Part shown: positions 9,375 to 19,724 of the stretch, one piece after another
Numbering within the stretch: the stretch's first letter is position 1
Layout of the letters: every line of letters starts with the position of its first letter
DNA from: Gammaproteobacteria bacterium
GTDB lineage: Bacteria; Pseudomonadota; Gammaproteobacteria; Porifericomitales; Porifericomitaceae
Assembly: GCA_014238615.1 (NCBI GenBank)
Contig: JABAAT010000024.1
Location: 23,802 to 87,801, forward strand
Direction: 5' to 3'
Length of the DNA stretch: 64,000 nt
Made by a program: the position numbers and the translations under genes
Notes under the pieces: model-generated
What the model saw: the letters and a program-made list of their open reading frames with translations, nothing else
Told to the model about the DNA's origin: nothing
The model's database searches: none

Positions 9375-9900
9375 TAATACCTGGCGCAGCCTGCCTCCCG
9401 GGGAGCAGGAGACCGCGCCGGAAATCAAACGGGAGGCCCCTCTGCCGGACGGCGACCTGCTGGCGCCGGCGGACGTCTGGCGCACGCGCCGCGATGCCCT
9501 GTTGGCGCATCCCGGGAGACGGCTGGGCCTGTTACTGCACGTGGATGACCCATGGGAGGAGTTTCTACCGCTCTTACCACGACTTGCATTGATCGCTTTG
9601 AATTTCCCTGCCTTCAACGACGGTCGGCCCTTCTCCACGGCCCGCCTGCTGCGCGAGCGGCACGCTTTCCGCGGCGAGCTGCGCGCGGTCGGCGACGTGC
9701 GACGTGACCAACTCTTCTTTATGCGGCGTTGCGGCTTTGACGCCTTTTGCCTGGTCCCCGAACAACAATCCCCCCAGGCCTTGGAGCAGGCTTTAAGCGC
9801 CCTCCGTGAATTCAGCGTTCACTACCAATCGGCGGCGAACTCCTCTACTGATATCTTCCAGCTGCGCCGTGACCATGCGGCGCTGAAGACGGCGAAATGA
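9343..9900 (+). CDS. DUF934 domain protein (usual partner of sulfite reductase)
   Basis: IALNFPAFNDGRPFSTARLLRERHAFRGELRAVGDVRRDQLFFMRRCGFDAF. Confidence 0.88.
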   Translation: MKILGPQGVTDNTWRSLPPGEQETAPEIKREAPLPDGDLLAPADVWRTRRDALLAHPGRRLGLLLHVDDPWEEFLPLLPRLALIALNFPAFNDGRPFSTARLLRERHAFRGELRAVGDVRRDQLFFMRRCGFDAFCLVPEQQSPQALEQALSALREFSVHYQSAANSSTDIFQLRRDHAALKTAK

Positions 9901-10424
9901 CCAGGGAATCCCCTGATTTTACGAATCTCAAGCTCGGCGAGACGCGGCTCTCCGCGGAACTGGAGGGCCGCTCGGAATTTCAGCAGGCCACCCGCGCCAT
10001 GCTCACCCAGGCGCGCCGCCAAGTGGTGATTCTGAGTTGGGACCTGGAACCCTGGCTATACAACCAGCAGGAAATCATCCAGAGCCTGCGCTCGCGCATC
10101 GTGCAGGAACAGCACCTGCGGGTGCGTGTCCTGATCCAGCACGTGAATCCATCCACCCTGCTCAACCATCGATTACTGCACATGGCACGTACCCTGAGCA
10201 CTTACATCACCATCAGGAAAACAGACGAGACGCGCACGGAACCGCTGGCGGAAAGCTTCCTGGGGGCGGACCATGTGGGCTATCTTCACCGACCGATGTT
10301 TGATCTCGAATCAGGCCTCATGAACTTCCATGACCCCCGCCGAACGCGTGAACTGTGGCGCTACTTTGATGACACCTGGGCGCAAGGCGCCGCGCACCTG
10401 GAACTGCGCAGCATGCGCCTGTGA
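9897..10424 (+). CDS. Conserved uncharacterised protein (stand-alone domain that elsewhere accompanies GNAT acetyltransferases)
   Basis: ARRQVVILSWDLEPWLY..VRVLI..HRLLHMAR..ESFLGAD..GYLHR..NFHDP..F..W; ATGA overlap with DUF934; family recalled from memory. Confidence 0.6.
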   Translation: MTRESPDFTNLKLGETRLSAELEGRSEFQQATRAMLTQARRQVVILSWDLEPWLYNQQEIIQSLRSRIVQEQHLRVRVLIQHVNPSTLLNHRLLHMARTLSTYITIRKTDETRTEPLAESFLGADHVGYLHRPMFDLESGLMNFHDPRRTRELWRYFDDTWAQGAAHLELRSMRL

Positions 10425-10501
10425 GACCGTCACGGTCCGACTCCGCGCAGTGCTGAAAAGCGCCGCTCCCCCCGACTCCCCCACCGAATCCCAGGGCAAC
10501 G

Positions 10502-13500
10502 ATGCTGCTCACGCTGTGCGCCGCACCTGAACCGGGCGGCGCACACACGTCTGGACACCTCACCGAAGCATTGTGCGACGCGGGGGAGCTCCGGCAACAG
10601 GAACTGTACCTGATTGAGACGGCAGGCGACTTGCCCGAGTCACGCCTGGAATTGCTGCAGCGCCTGCTGCACGGAGCGACACCTTGGAGAGGTCCCGGAG
10701 AATACGCTTCGGGAACACAACATCTTCTGGTCGCGCCGCGCGCCGGCTGTGTCTCACCCTGGTCCAGCAAGGCCACCGAATTGCTACGGCGCACCGGCTT
10801 GCTGGAAATCCTTCGTATCGAAAGAATTAAAGTCTGGCTCCTGCCCGCAGGTATGCGGCGCGAAGCAGCGTATCGGCTTCTGTATGATCCCTTAACTGAA
10901 CAGTTGCTGGAGCATACCGGGGCACTGGAAACTTTATTCCGGGGCGGACATCCTCCGCCCGTGCTCCGCTACCCCCTGGACGGGCGAGACGCTGACGCCA
11001 CGGCGCTGCGGCAGGCCTGCCGGGACTTGGGGATCAGCATTGACCCCCTGGAACTGCGTAGGCTGCACGACCGCTTCAGTGAAATGTCTCACACCCCGAG
11101 CGACGCCGAGTTGATGCTGTATGCCCAGATCAACTCCGAACACTGCCGCCACAAGATTTTCAACGGCCGCTGGCGCCTGGACGGCGCGGCCGTGCCGCAC
11201 TCGCCCTTCGCCTGGATCCGGGCCACCTGCCCATCCACGCGCCGGGACGTGTTGAGCGCCTACGAGGACAACGCCGCGGTGCGCAAGGGAGTGCGGGCGC
11301 AGCTCTGGTACCCGGACGCGGACCACGTTTATCGTGCGCACGAGGAGCGGGCTGAACTGCTGGCCAAGGTGGAAACCCACAACCATCCTACCGGCGTTTG
11401 TCCCTACCCCGGTGCGGCCACCGGCGCCGGCGGCGAGTTGCGCGACGAAGCCGCCACGGGACGCGGCGCCCGCCCCCTGGCCGGGATCACCGGCTTCTGC
11501 GTCTCTCACCTGCGCCTGCCGGATTGGCCGCAACCCTGGGAAGAAGAGCGCGGCCGTCCTCCCCAACTGGCCGAAGCCCTGCGCATTATGTTGGAGGCGC
11601 CGCTCGGCGCCTCCAATTACAACAACGAATTCGGCCGCCCCAACCTGTGCGGCTTCTTCCGCGCCTTTGAACAGGCGGCCACCGGAACAACGCCGGAGCG
11701 CGGTTACCACAAACCCATCATGCTGGCCGGCGGCTGCGGTCTCATCCGCACCATGCAGGTGCAAAAGCAGCCCCTGCGCCCCGGCGATCTGCTGCTGGTG
11801 CTGGGCGGTCCTGGCATGCTCATTGGCCTGGGCGGGGGCGGCGCTTCCTCCACGGCCAGCGGCTCCCGGAACACACGGCTGGATTTCGCCTCGGTACAGC
11901 GCGGCAACGCCGAGATGCAAAGGCGCTGCCAGGAAGTGATCGATCGCTGCTGGTCTCTGGGTCCGGAGAATCCCATCCTGGCCCTGCACGACGTGGGCGC
12001 GGGCGGCCTGGGCAACGCCTTGGCCGAATTGGTACGCGGCCTGGGCGCGGACCTGGATCTGGAAGCCATCCCCAGCGCCGATCCCGGCCTGGGCCCCCTG
12101 GAATTATGCTGCAACGAAGCCCAGGAACGCTACGTACTGGCCCTGCGCGAGGCCCAACTGGAATCATTCGGCGCCTGCTGCGCTCGTGAGTACGCACCCT
12201 GGGCCTTGCTCGGGAAAGTCACGCGCCGCACACGGTTCCGCATCACCCCAGGCAAGGCCCCAGGCAAAGCCGCGGCGCAGGCCCCTATCGACCTGCCCAT
12301 GCAGCTGCTGTTCCCGGACGATCCCGGGCTTTGCGTCAGCGGCCGCACGCGCCGCCGCGGCACACCGGAAACCCCGCCGGTGCTGCTGGAACGCCAGGCC
12401 CGCCTGGAAAAAATGGATCTTGGGGAAGCGGCACGCCGGGTGCTCAGCATGCCGACGGTCGCCGCCAAAACCTTCCTCATCACCATCGGCGACCGCTGGG
12501 TAGGGGGCCTCACGGCGCGCGATCCCATGGTGGGTCCCTGGCAACTGCCGGTCGCCGACTGCGCGGTCAGCGCCGTCAGCTTCCGGGACGCGGTCGGCTT
12601 CGCCATGGCCGTGGGGGAACGCGGCCCGGTGGCGCTCACCTCCCCGGCCGCCGCGGCGCGCCTGGCGGTCTCGGAAGCCCTGACCAATTTGTGCGCGGCG
12701 CGTATCCTGCATCTGCAACAGGTGCTGCTCTCCGGTAACTGGATGGCCGCCGCCGGCGCCGCGGAAGAAAACGCCGATCTATACCAGGCGGTGCAGGCCC
12801 TGAGTACTTACTGCCAGGCCCTGGAGGTACCGGTGCCGGTCGGCAAGGATTCGCTCTCCATGCGCTGCCTGTGGGAGAACGGAGGGAAACGCGGAGAAAT
12901 GTTGGCGCCCATCTCCCCCGTGGTATCCGCCTTCGCCCCGGTGGCCGATGTGGAATCCACCCTGACCCCCATGCTGCGTGGCACCCCCGGGGAGAGCCTG
13001 CTGCTGCACGTAGATCTAGGCATGGGCCACAGGCGCCTGGGCGGCTCTATCCTGGAACAGGTTTTCAAAGACTCCCTAGGCGCCCCGGCCGACGCCCCAC
13101 CGCCCGCAGTCCTGAAGCACTTCTTCCGCACCGTACAGTTGCTGAATGAAACGGGACTGCTGCTTTCCTACCACGACTGTTCGGACGGCGGCCTCTTCGT
13201 GACCCTCTTTGAAATGGCCTGCGCCGCCCGGCGTGGTCTCAACATCCACTTGGGCGATGCGCACGGCCCGCCGGCCGCGCAGCTGTTCACGGAAGAACCG
13301 GGCGCCGTCCTGGAGGTACGGCACTCCGACCTGGAACAGGTGCAAAAGCTGTTTGAAGACCCGCACGCCGCTCCCCTGCACCGCATCGCCGTCCCCACGG
13401 AAACCCCGGAGTTCCACGTACGCCGGGAGCACGCGCCGGCGGCACGCCTCGAGCTATATCCACTTCTGGAAGCCTGGAACGAAACCAGCCTGCGCCTGCG

Positions 13501-14440
13501 CGCCCTGCGCGACGATCCGGAATGCGCCGCGCAGGAGCGCCGCGCGCTCCTGGACCGTGAGGACCACGGCCTGCACGTAAGGCTCCCGTCCCCAAACCCG
13601 CAACACAACGACGACCCCCGGGACAATCCGCCCCCCAGGCAACCTGGGGAGCAGCGGCGGCAGGGCGCGATGTTCCGAGGCGCGGGCAATGCCAGGCCGC
13701 TGGTGGCCATCCTGCGCGAGCAGGGAGTGAACGGCCACGCGGAACTGGCCGCCGCCTTCCACCACGCCGGCTTTAAATGCGTGGACGTACACATGAGCGA
13801 CCTCCTGGAAGGCGGCTTCAAACTGCGCGACTGCAACGGCCTGGTGGCGGCGGGCGGCTTTTCCTTCGGAGACGTGCTGGGAGCCGGGGCCGGATGGGCC
13901 GCTTCGATCCTGCACCACGCTGCACTCCGGGAGCAGTTCAGCTGCTTCTTCAAGCTGGAGGATCGCTTCTCACTGGGCATCTGCAACGGCTGCCAGATGC
14001 TGGCCCGCCTGAGAGACCTGATCCCCGGCGCCGCCCACTGGCCGCTCCCCATGCCGAACCGATCGGGGCGCTTTGAAGCACGCCAGCTGATGGTCGAGAT
14101 CGCCCCCTCCCCATCGATCCTGCTGCGCGGCCTGCGGGGCGCCCGCCTGCCCATCGTGGTGGCCCACGCCGAGGGCCGCTTCCAAACCCCCGCGGGACCC
14201 GAGGCTGTCCCGGCCCTGCGCTACCTGGAGCGGCGGCGTTACCCGGGTAACCCGAATGGTTCCCGTGACGGACTGGCCGGCTTCACCTCCCTGGACGGCC
14301 GCGCCACCATCCTGATGCCCCACCCGGAGCGGGTCTTCCTGAATCGCCAGTTCTCCTGGCGACCCCCTGAACTGCAGGGCCACGAAAGCCCTTGGGCGCA
14401 ACTCTTCCACAACGCCCGCCGCTGGCTGGACGAGCGCTGA
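10502..14440 (+). CDS. purL: Phosphoribosylformylglycinamidine synthase (large single-chain PurL)
   Basis: NSEHCRHKIFN, KVETHNHPT, GAATGAGGELRDE, HDVGAGG, CNEAQERY, PVGKDSLSM, YHDCSDGG, GGFSFGD, LGICNGCQ, MPHPER. Confidence 0.97.
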   Translation: MLLTLCAAPEPGGAHTSGHLTEALCDAGELRQQELYLIETAGDLPESRLELLQRLLHGATPWRGPGEYASGTQHLLVAPRAGCVSPWSSKATELLRRTGLLEILRIERIKVWLLPAGMRREAAYRLLYDPLTEQLLEHTGALETLFRGGHPPPVLRYPLDGRDADATALRQACRDLGISIDPLELRRLHDRFSEMSHTPSDAELMLYAQINSEHCRHKIFNGRWRLDGAAVPHSPFAWIRATCPSTRRDVLSAYEDNAAVRKGVRAQLWYPDADHVYRAHEERAELLAKVETHNHPTGVCPYPGAATGAGGELRDEAATGRGARPLAGITGFCVSHLRLPDWPQPWEEERGRPPQLAEALRIMLEAPLGASNYNNEFGRPNLCGFFRAFEQAATGTTPERGYHKPIMLAGGCGLIRTMQVQKQPLRPGDLLLVLGGPGMLIGLGGGGASSTASGSRNTRLDFASVQRGNAEMQRRCQEVIDRCWSLGPENPILALHDVGAGGLGNALAELVRGLGADLDLEAIPSADPGLGPLELCCNEAQERYVLALREAQLESFGACCAREYAPWALLGKVTRRTRFRITPGKAPGKAAAQAPIDLPMQLLFPDDPGLCVSGRTRRRGTPETPPVLLERQARLEKMDLGEAARRVLSMPTVAAKTFLITIGDRWVGGLTARDPMVGPWQLPVADCAVSAVSFRDAVGFAMAVGERGPVALTSPAAAARLAVSEALTNLCAARILHLQQVLLSGNWMAAAGAAEENADLYQAVQALSTYCQALEVPVPVGKDSLSMRCLWENGGKRGEMLAPISPVVSAFAPVADVESTLTPMLRGTPGESLLLHVDLGMGHRRLGGSILEQVFKDSLGAPADAPPPAVLKHFFRTVQLLNETGLLLSYHDCSDGGLFVTLFEMACAARRGLNIHLGDAHGPPAAQLFTEEPGAVLEVRHSDLEQVQKLFEDPHAAPLHRIAVPTETPEFHVRREHAPAARLELYPLLEAWNETSLRLRALRDDPECAAQERRALLDREDHGLHVRLPSPNPQHNDDPRDNPPPRQPGEQRRQGAMFRGAGNARPLVAILREQGVNGHAELAAAFHHAGFKCVDVHMSDLLEGGFKLRDCNGLVAAGGFSFGDVLGAGAGWAASILHHAALREQFSCFFKLEDRFSLGICNGCQMLARLRDLIPGAAHWPLPMPNRSGRFEARQLMVEIAPSPSILLRGLRGARLPIVVAHAEGRFQTPAGPEAVPALRYLERRRYPGNPNGSRDGLAGFTSLDGRATILMPHPERVFLNRQFSWRPPELQGHESPWAQLFHNARRWLDER

Positions 14441-14494
14441 CCAAGGTTCCTCCCGGTACGGCCTGAAGTCACAGGAAGCAGCCGCGCCGGCGCC

Positions 14495-15718
14495 TCAATC
14501 GAGAGCCGGATCGTCCGGCCCCAGGAGCTCCACCCGCCATGTTTTCCCCGTGCGGCGCAGAATGCGGTTACAACCGGATTCTGCGGCGAATTCCGTAGCG
14601 CCTGCCGCCTGTTTGGAGAGCAGGTGTATCACGCGCTCCCCCCCGGCGCGCAACCGCCTGACTGTCTCCCGGAGTTGCTTATCTCCCGGCCATGGGGCCA
14701 GAATGCCCATGTCCCCACGCGTCGGCGGCCCGGAAACAAGCGTCGCGAGCCGCTTCACGTCAACACTGAATCCGGTGGCCTGGCGCGCCCGGCCGAAGGC
14801 TTTACCCACGTCGTCGTAGCGGCCTCCGAAGGCGACTCCCTGGCCGTGACCGGGCAGGTAAGCCGTGAACACCACGCCGGTGTGATAGTGGAACCCGCGC
14901 AACTCCCCCAGGTCAAAATGTAGTTGGGAACAAGCCGCGTAGCCTTTCTGCAGTTCCGTCGCCAGGCGGCGCAGCTCCCGGAGGCAACCTTGCGTCGGAG
15001 CACCGGCCCCGGCCAGCAACCGCTCCGCCTCGCTCAGAACCTCCATGTCGCCGTGCAGTTCACAGAGCGCGCTCAGCACGCCGGCCTGCCTGGGAAGCCA
15101 CTCCTTAAGCCGGAGCTCCGCTTCGTCGGCGGCCTTGCGCTGCAGGATGTGAAACAGTTCAAGAGCCTGCCAGCGCTCCAGGCCAACCTCGTTCGCCAAG
15201 GTGCGAAAGATGCCGGGATGACCTAATTCCAGGTGCGCATCGGGCAACCCCGCCGTGCTGAGGGCCTCCTGGGCCAGGCAAATGATCTCCAGATCGCTTT
15301 CCATCCCCGAGTGGCCGTACAACTCGGCGCCGGCCTGCAGAAGATTGCGGCTGCCGCTCCAAACGCCGCCCGCGGGCGAAGCGTGTAAGGCACTGCCCAG
15401 GTAGCACAGGCGCGCGGGGCCTTGTTGCTGCGGTTGACGCGCGTCAATGCGCGCCGTCTGCGGGGTGATGTCGGCGCGCACACCGAGCAGGCGACCGTCA
15501 TGTGGATCAATGAATTTGAAAATCTGCGATCCCAGGTCCGCGCCACTACCCGCAAGCAGCGAGTCCAGGGAATCCACCAACGGCGGCATCACCAACTCAT
15601 ACCCCCAGGCGGAAAACAGATCCAACAGGCGGCGGCCCAGTTCATCCAGGCGGCGGGCCTGCGGCGGCAGGACCTCGTCAATCCCCTCCGGCAGCAGCCA
15701 TCGGTGAAGTTTTTTCAT
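14495..15718 (-). CDS. hisZ: ATP phosphoribosyltransferase regulatory subunit
   Basis: WLLPEGIDEVLP, FKFIDPHDGRLLGVRADITPQTARID, QAGAELYG, DLGELRGFHYHTG, GGRYD. Confidence 0.95.
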   Translation of the reverse strand: MKKLHRWLLPEGIDEVLPPQARRLDELGRRLLDLFSAWGYELVMPPLVDSLDSLLAGSGADLGSQIFKFIDPHDGRLLGVRADITPQTARIDARQPQQQGPARLCYLGSALHASPAGGVWSGSRNLLQAGAELYGHSGMESDLEIICLAQEALSTAGLPDAHLELGHPGIFRTLANEVGLERWQALELFHILQRKAADEAELRLKEWLPRQAGVLSALCELHGDMEVLSEAERLLAGAGAPTQGCLRELRRLATELQKGYAACSQLHFDLGELRGFHYHTGVVFTAYLPGHGQGVAFGGRYDDVGKAFGRARQATGFSVDVKRLATLVSGPPTRGDMGILAPWPGDKQLRETVRRLRAGGERVIHLLSKQAAGATEFAAESGCNRILRRTGKTWRVELLGPDDPALD

Positions 15719-15906
15719 CCGGCGCCGAAAAAATAGAGCAGGAGGCCGCCCGCCGCCAGTGTTCCCAAGCCGACATTGCGCAACATCTCATCGGGAAGTT
15801 CCCGCAGCAGCCGCGCGGCGCGCCGCATGCAGGAAGGACAAAGTGCAAATGCCGCCCCCTCAAGCATGAGCAACAGCACCACGGCGTTGAACAAGTCCTG
15901 AAGCAT
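15715..15906 (-). CDS. DUF2065 (YjeT-like) small membrane protein
   Basis: LLLMLEG..P..MRR..LPDEMLRNVG; canonical position after hflC. Confidence 0.85.
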   Translation of the reverse strand: MLQDLFNAVVLLLMLEGAAFALCPSCMRRAARLLRELPDEMLRNVGLGTLAAGGLLLYFFGAG

Positions 15907-15965
15907 GTAAAGGCAGGTCTCCCCGCAGCACTCGCCCACGCCCGGCGGGCGCCGGATCTTCGGGC

Positions 15966-16874
15966 TCAGTCACCTCGATTCCGGGCATCCCCGGAATCGA
16001 TCTGGGAATCGTCAAAATAACGAAAGAAATCGGAATCAGTGCCAAGCACCATGACGTTGCCCGATTGTCCAAAACTCTCACGGTAAGCAGACAGGCTACG
16101 GTAGAATCGATAGAACTCGGGATCGCGCTGGAAAGCCGAGGCATACTCGGCCGCCGATTCCGCGTCACCCTTACCACGCACGATCTCCGACTCGCGGTAG
16201 GCCGCGGCAAGGATCTCCTCGCGGTTTCGATCGGCCTCGGCGCGAATACGCTCGGCGGCTTCCGCGCCACGCGCCCGGAAATCCTTGGCCACCCGCTGCC
16301 GTTCCGCGCGCATGCGCGCGAACACCGAGTTACTGACCTCTTCCGGGAGATCAATGCGTACGGTGCGCACGTCCAGCAGGACAATACCAAACTCATTGCG
16401 CAAACGATCCCCCAGGTTCATGATATTGTTCATCACCTCGCCGCGCTCGTCGGACACCACCTGCTGCAAGGTGCGCTTGCCGAATTCATCGCGCAAGGCG
16501 CGATTCACGCGCTGCGCGAGCAACCGGCTGGCGGTAGCAACATCACCACGGGTGGCGGTGTAGAAGGCCGCAGCGTCCGAGATGCGCCACACCGCGTAGT
16601 AGTCAACAAGCAGGTCCTTTTTTTCCTTGGTCAGAAAACGCTGCGCCTCCTCTTGCGGCGACCTGGCCAAAGTTCTGATACGCAGTTCAAAACGGCGCAC
16701 CTTGTTAATCATGGGGATCTTGAAATGCAGGCCGGGACTGGTGACATTGCGTTCGATCTTACCGAACCTGAACACCAGCGCCTGCTCCCACTGCTGCACC
16801 CGGAAAAGGGAGTTCACACCCACCACTCCCACAACCAGGAGCACCAGCAGTGCCAACGGCAGGCCGCGATTCAT
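15966..16874 (-). CDS. hflC: FtsH protease modulator HflC
   Basis: FRFGK..PGLHFKIP, TKEKKDLLVD, RMRAERQRVA..RARG, DPEFYRFYRSL. Confidence 0.96.
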   Translation of the reverse strand: MNRGLPLALLVLLVVGVVGVNSLFRVQQWEQALVFRFGKIERNVTSPGLHFKIPMINKVRRFELRIRTLARSPQEEAQRFLTKEKKDLLVDYYAVWRISDAAAFYTATRGDVATASRLLAQRVNRALRDEFGKRTLQQVVSDERGEVMNNIMNLGDRLRNEFGIVLLDVRTVRIDLPEEVSNSVFARMRAERQRVAKDFRARGAEAAERIRAEADRNREEILAAAYRESEIVRGKGDAESAAEYASAFQRDPEFYRFYRSLSAYRESFGQSGNVMVLGTDSDFFRYFDDSQIDSGDARNRGD

Positions 16875-18046
16875 CAGCGGACCCGCTCGCGCCGGCGGCG
16901 CCGTTCCGGCCGGGCTCCGGAATCGTCCGCAGCGGAGAATTCCCCGGTCCCGGGGCCTTGGCCGCCCCTGAACAGCTCCGGCAACTCTTCCCGCCTCCGC
17001 AACAGGCTGTCCATGGGCAACATCAGCAGACTGTTGCCGTCGGAGTCGATCAACACCTTGTTGGTCTTCGTCATCACCGATTCCAGGGTCTCCAGGTACA
17101 AACGTTCGCGGGTCACGTACGGGGCATGTTCATATTCACCCAGCAAATCCAGGAAGCGCTTTGACTCACCTTGCGCACGTGCCACCACTTTCGCCATGTA
17201 GGCGTTGGCATCCTCCACCATGCGCGCCGCCTCGCCGCGCGCGCGCGGCAGCAGATCGTTGCGATAGGCCTCGGACTCGTTCACTAGGCGCTGTTCATCC
17301 TCGCGCGCCTTGATCGCGTCGTCAAAGGCATCCTTCACCGCAAGCGGCGGACTAGCCCCCTGCATCTCCACCCGCACTATCAGTATCCCCATATGATACT
17401 CATCCAACACTTTCTGCATGAGTTCCTGTTGACGCACCACGATCGCGCCACGTCCCTCGGTCAACACGAAATCCAGGTCGCTGGTGCCGATCACCTCGCG
17501 CACCACGCTCTCAATGATCTTATCCAGAGTTTCTTCCGGATCGTTGATCTGAAACACGTACTGCTCCGGATTCTGGATGCGCCATTGCACCACCACCACC
17601 ACCGAAACCAGGTTTTCATCCCTGGTCAGCATAGTGGCTTCGTGCGTGTCGTTACGCACCTGGCCTACATTGATTTTGACCACTCTTTCAATGGGCGCGG
17701 GAAAACGCAGGCTGAGACCCGGCTGCAAGGTCTGCACGTGGCGTCCGAAGCGCAACACCAGGCCACGCTCCTGCTCGTCCACGGTATAGAAACCCTGGGC
17801 CAACCAAACCAACAGGCCGATCACGAGAATCAGGAGCCAGGGCAGGCCGGAGCGCCTGGCATCATCGCCGCCGCCGCCGTTAACAGGATCGGGGCGATCG
17901 GTGAAAGCGCTCCCGAGGCGTTTAAAGAACTTGCCCAGAAGCTCTTCCAGGTCCGGCGGCTGCTCCGCGCGATCCACCTGCCGCCCGGGGTCCCGGGAAG
18001 CGCCGGGAGGGATCTCTGAATCTCTGTCCAATGCTTTTGAAGTCAT
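16874..18046 (-). CDS. hflK: FtsH protease modulator HflK
   Basis: PPDLEELL, GFYTVDEQERGLVLRFG, MLTRDEN, AFDDAIKARED, RERLYLET; start set at ATG 18046. Confidence 0.96.
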   Translation of the reverse strand: MTSKALDRDSEIPPGASRDPGRQVDRAEQPPDLEELLGKFFKRLGSAFTDRPDPVNGGGGDDARRSGLPWLLILVIGLLVWLAQGFYTVDEQERGLVLRFGRHVQTLQPGLSLRFPAPIERVVKINVGQVRNDTHEATMLTRDENLVSVVVVVQWRIQNPEQYVFQINDPEETLDKIIESVVREVIGTSDLDFVLTEGRGAIVVRQQELMQKVLDEYHMGILIVRVEMQGASPPLAVKDAFDDAIKAREDEQRLVNESEAYRNDLLPRARGEAARMVEDANAYMAKVVARAQGESKRFLDLLGEYEHAPYVTRERLYLETLESVMTKTNKVLIDSDGNSLLMLPMDSLLRRREELPELFRGGQGPGTGEFSAADDSGARPERRRRRERVR

Positions 18047-18194
18047 GGTGTACCGGAGGGGTGTGCCGGAGTGCGCCGACTCAGGAACCACCGCAGGATA
18101 GGGGCGGCATGCGCCGCCGGAAGCGCGCGGCTCCGGCAGCGGAGCACGCGCGGCGACTTTCGGGAAACCCGGAAGCCGCTGTGCTGAAGCCGCT

Positions 18195-18223
18195 ATTATA
18201 GGCTGTGGCGCCGCGCACCGCAA
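18195..18223 (-). promoter_or_regulatory. Candidate sigma70 promoter for hflK
   Basis: Minus strand TTGCGG-N17-TATAAT. Confidence 0.5.
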
Positions 18224-18239
18224 ACGCGTGTCGCTCAAC

Positions 18240-18435
18240 GCTGATGATGTAAAGCTTCCCCGCCAGGTGGACAGCTTAAGACCAGGGTTTCCCAGGTTTC
18301 AGGCTGCATCACCGACCTGTCACTTGTTGCTATTTATGTTGCGCGACAACATTCCGGCCGCCGAACCCCATTAGCCGGGCATCTGTCCTTGAACCACCAC
18401 GCGCGGATTGCCGCCCGGAGGACGGCAGCATCAGC
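18240..18435. ncRNA. Candidate structured non-coding element between hflX and hflK
   Basis: Terminal complementarity GCTGATG/CATCAGC, plus GGACAG/CTGTCC, CCGGC/GCCGG and ATGTTG/CAACAT; no family recognised. Confidence 0.25.
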
Positions 18436-18538
18436 AAGTGTTTATGACAGGCCCGGCTGCCATGGACAGGCGCTGCTCGTTGTACGTCCTTCCCCCTGGC
18501 TGACAACCAGTGATGAACTGTCTATTTTGGGGGAAAGT

Positions 18539-19705
18539 TTACAACGATACGGGCGCGGCGCGGCGACCGGCGCTTCCGTGCCCGTCGGGGGAAACCGCTG
18601 CGCCGCGCAGCATCCCGCTCACCCGCGCCGCCAATTCCTTCAGACCGGCGCCGGTGACAGCGGAAACCTGTACGCCGCACTCCGAGCCGACGCCGGAAGC
18701 CGGTGGCGGCGCGGCGCGCGGCCACGGCAACAAATCGATCTTGTTGCAAACCAAAAGCCGCGGGATGGCGGCGGCGCCGATGTGCTCCAGGAATTCCCGA
18801 ACGTACCCGATGCGCTCCAGGTGGCGAGGGTCATTCACATCAATCACGTGCAACAGCAGATCGGCCTCCAGGGTTTCTTCCAGTGTGGCTCGGAAAGCAG
18901 CCACCAGCTCCGGCGGCAAATCACGTACGAAACCCACCGTATCTACTAACACCACGGACAGTTCCGGGTGCGGGAAGTACTTGCGCAGAGTGGGATCGAG
19001 AGTGGCGAAGTACTGGTTCGCAACGCGCACCCGCGCCCCGGTCAAGCAATTAAACAGTGTCGATTTGCCGGCGTTGGTGTAGCCCACCAGGGACACCACC
19101 GGCACCGCCGAGGCGCGCCGCCGGGCGCGGCTCTGCGCCCGTCTCTCGCGGACCTTCTCGAGGCGCGCGCGGGTCCTGCGCAGCCTGACATGCAGTTGCC
19201 GCCGATCGCTCTCCAACTGCTGCTCGCCCGGACCGCCGCGTAACCCGATACCACCCCGCTGTCTCTCCAGATGGGTCCAGCCGCGTACCAGGCGGGTGGC
19301 CTGATGGGACAAGTGGGCCAGCTCCACCTGTAGTTTCCCTTCATAGGTGCGCGCACGCTGGGCAAAAATCTCCAGTATCACCTCGCGGCGCTCCAGCACC
19401 CGGCAACCCAGGGCCCGCTCCAGCTTGTACTGCTGCACCGGCCGCAACTCGTGGCTGAATACAACCGCCGAGGCCCCGACGGCCGCGACCCTGGCTCGTA
19501 ATTCCTCTACCTTACCCACACCCAGAAAGAAGCGGGCCGCCGGCACACGACGTACGGCCTCTACCACGGCCACGGGAACGAAGCCCGCGGCACCAACCAG
19601 TTCACGCAGCTCCGCCAGGTCCTCCCCGTCCCGCGAGCGCCGGGAGTGCACCTGGACCAGAACCGCCCTCCTGGTGGATCGGGTCACCGTCAGAACGCGG
19701 CGCAA
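18539..19705 (-). CDS. hflX: Ribosome rescue GTPase HflX
   Basis: IFAQRARTYEGKLQVELA, THLERQRGGIG, GYTNAGKST, FATLDPT, DTVGF, NKID. Confidence 0.96.
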   Translation of the reverse strand: MRRVLTVTRSTRRAVLVQVHSRRSRDGEDLAELRELVGAAGFVPVAVVEAVRRVPAARFFLGVGKVEELRARVAAVGASAVVFSHELRPVQQYKLERALGCRVLERREVILEIFAQRARTYEGKLQVELAHLSHQATRLVRGWTHLERQRGGIGLRGGPGEQQLESDRRQLHVRLRRTRARLEKVRERRAQSRARRRASAVPVVSLVGYTNAGKSTLFNCLTGARVRVANQYFATLDPTLRKYFPHPELSVVLVDTVGFVRDLPPELVAAFRATLEETLEADLLLHVIDVNDPRHLERIGYVREFLEHIGAAAIPRLLVCNKIDLLPWPRAAPPPASGVGSECGVQVSAVTGAGLKELAARVSGMLRGAAVSPDGHGSAGRRAAPVSL

Positions 19706-19724
19706 CCACGGGTGAGAAGGAAGT

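Noticed and set aside
18240-18435. 6S RNA call
   Set aside because: The diagnostic CCCTGAGCC / GGTTCAAGG pairing is not in the correct arrangement and it is not in the zapA-ygfA context; reported only as an unassigned candidate.
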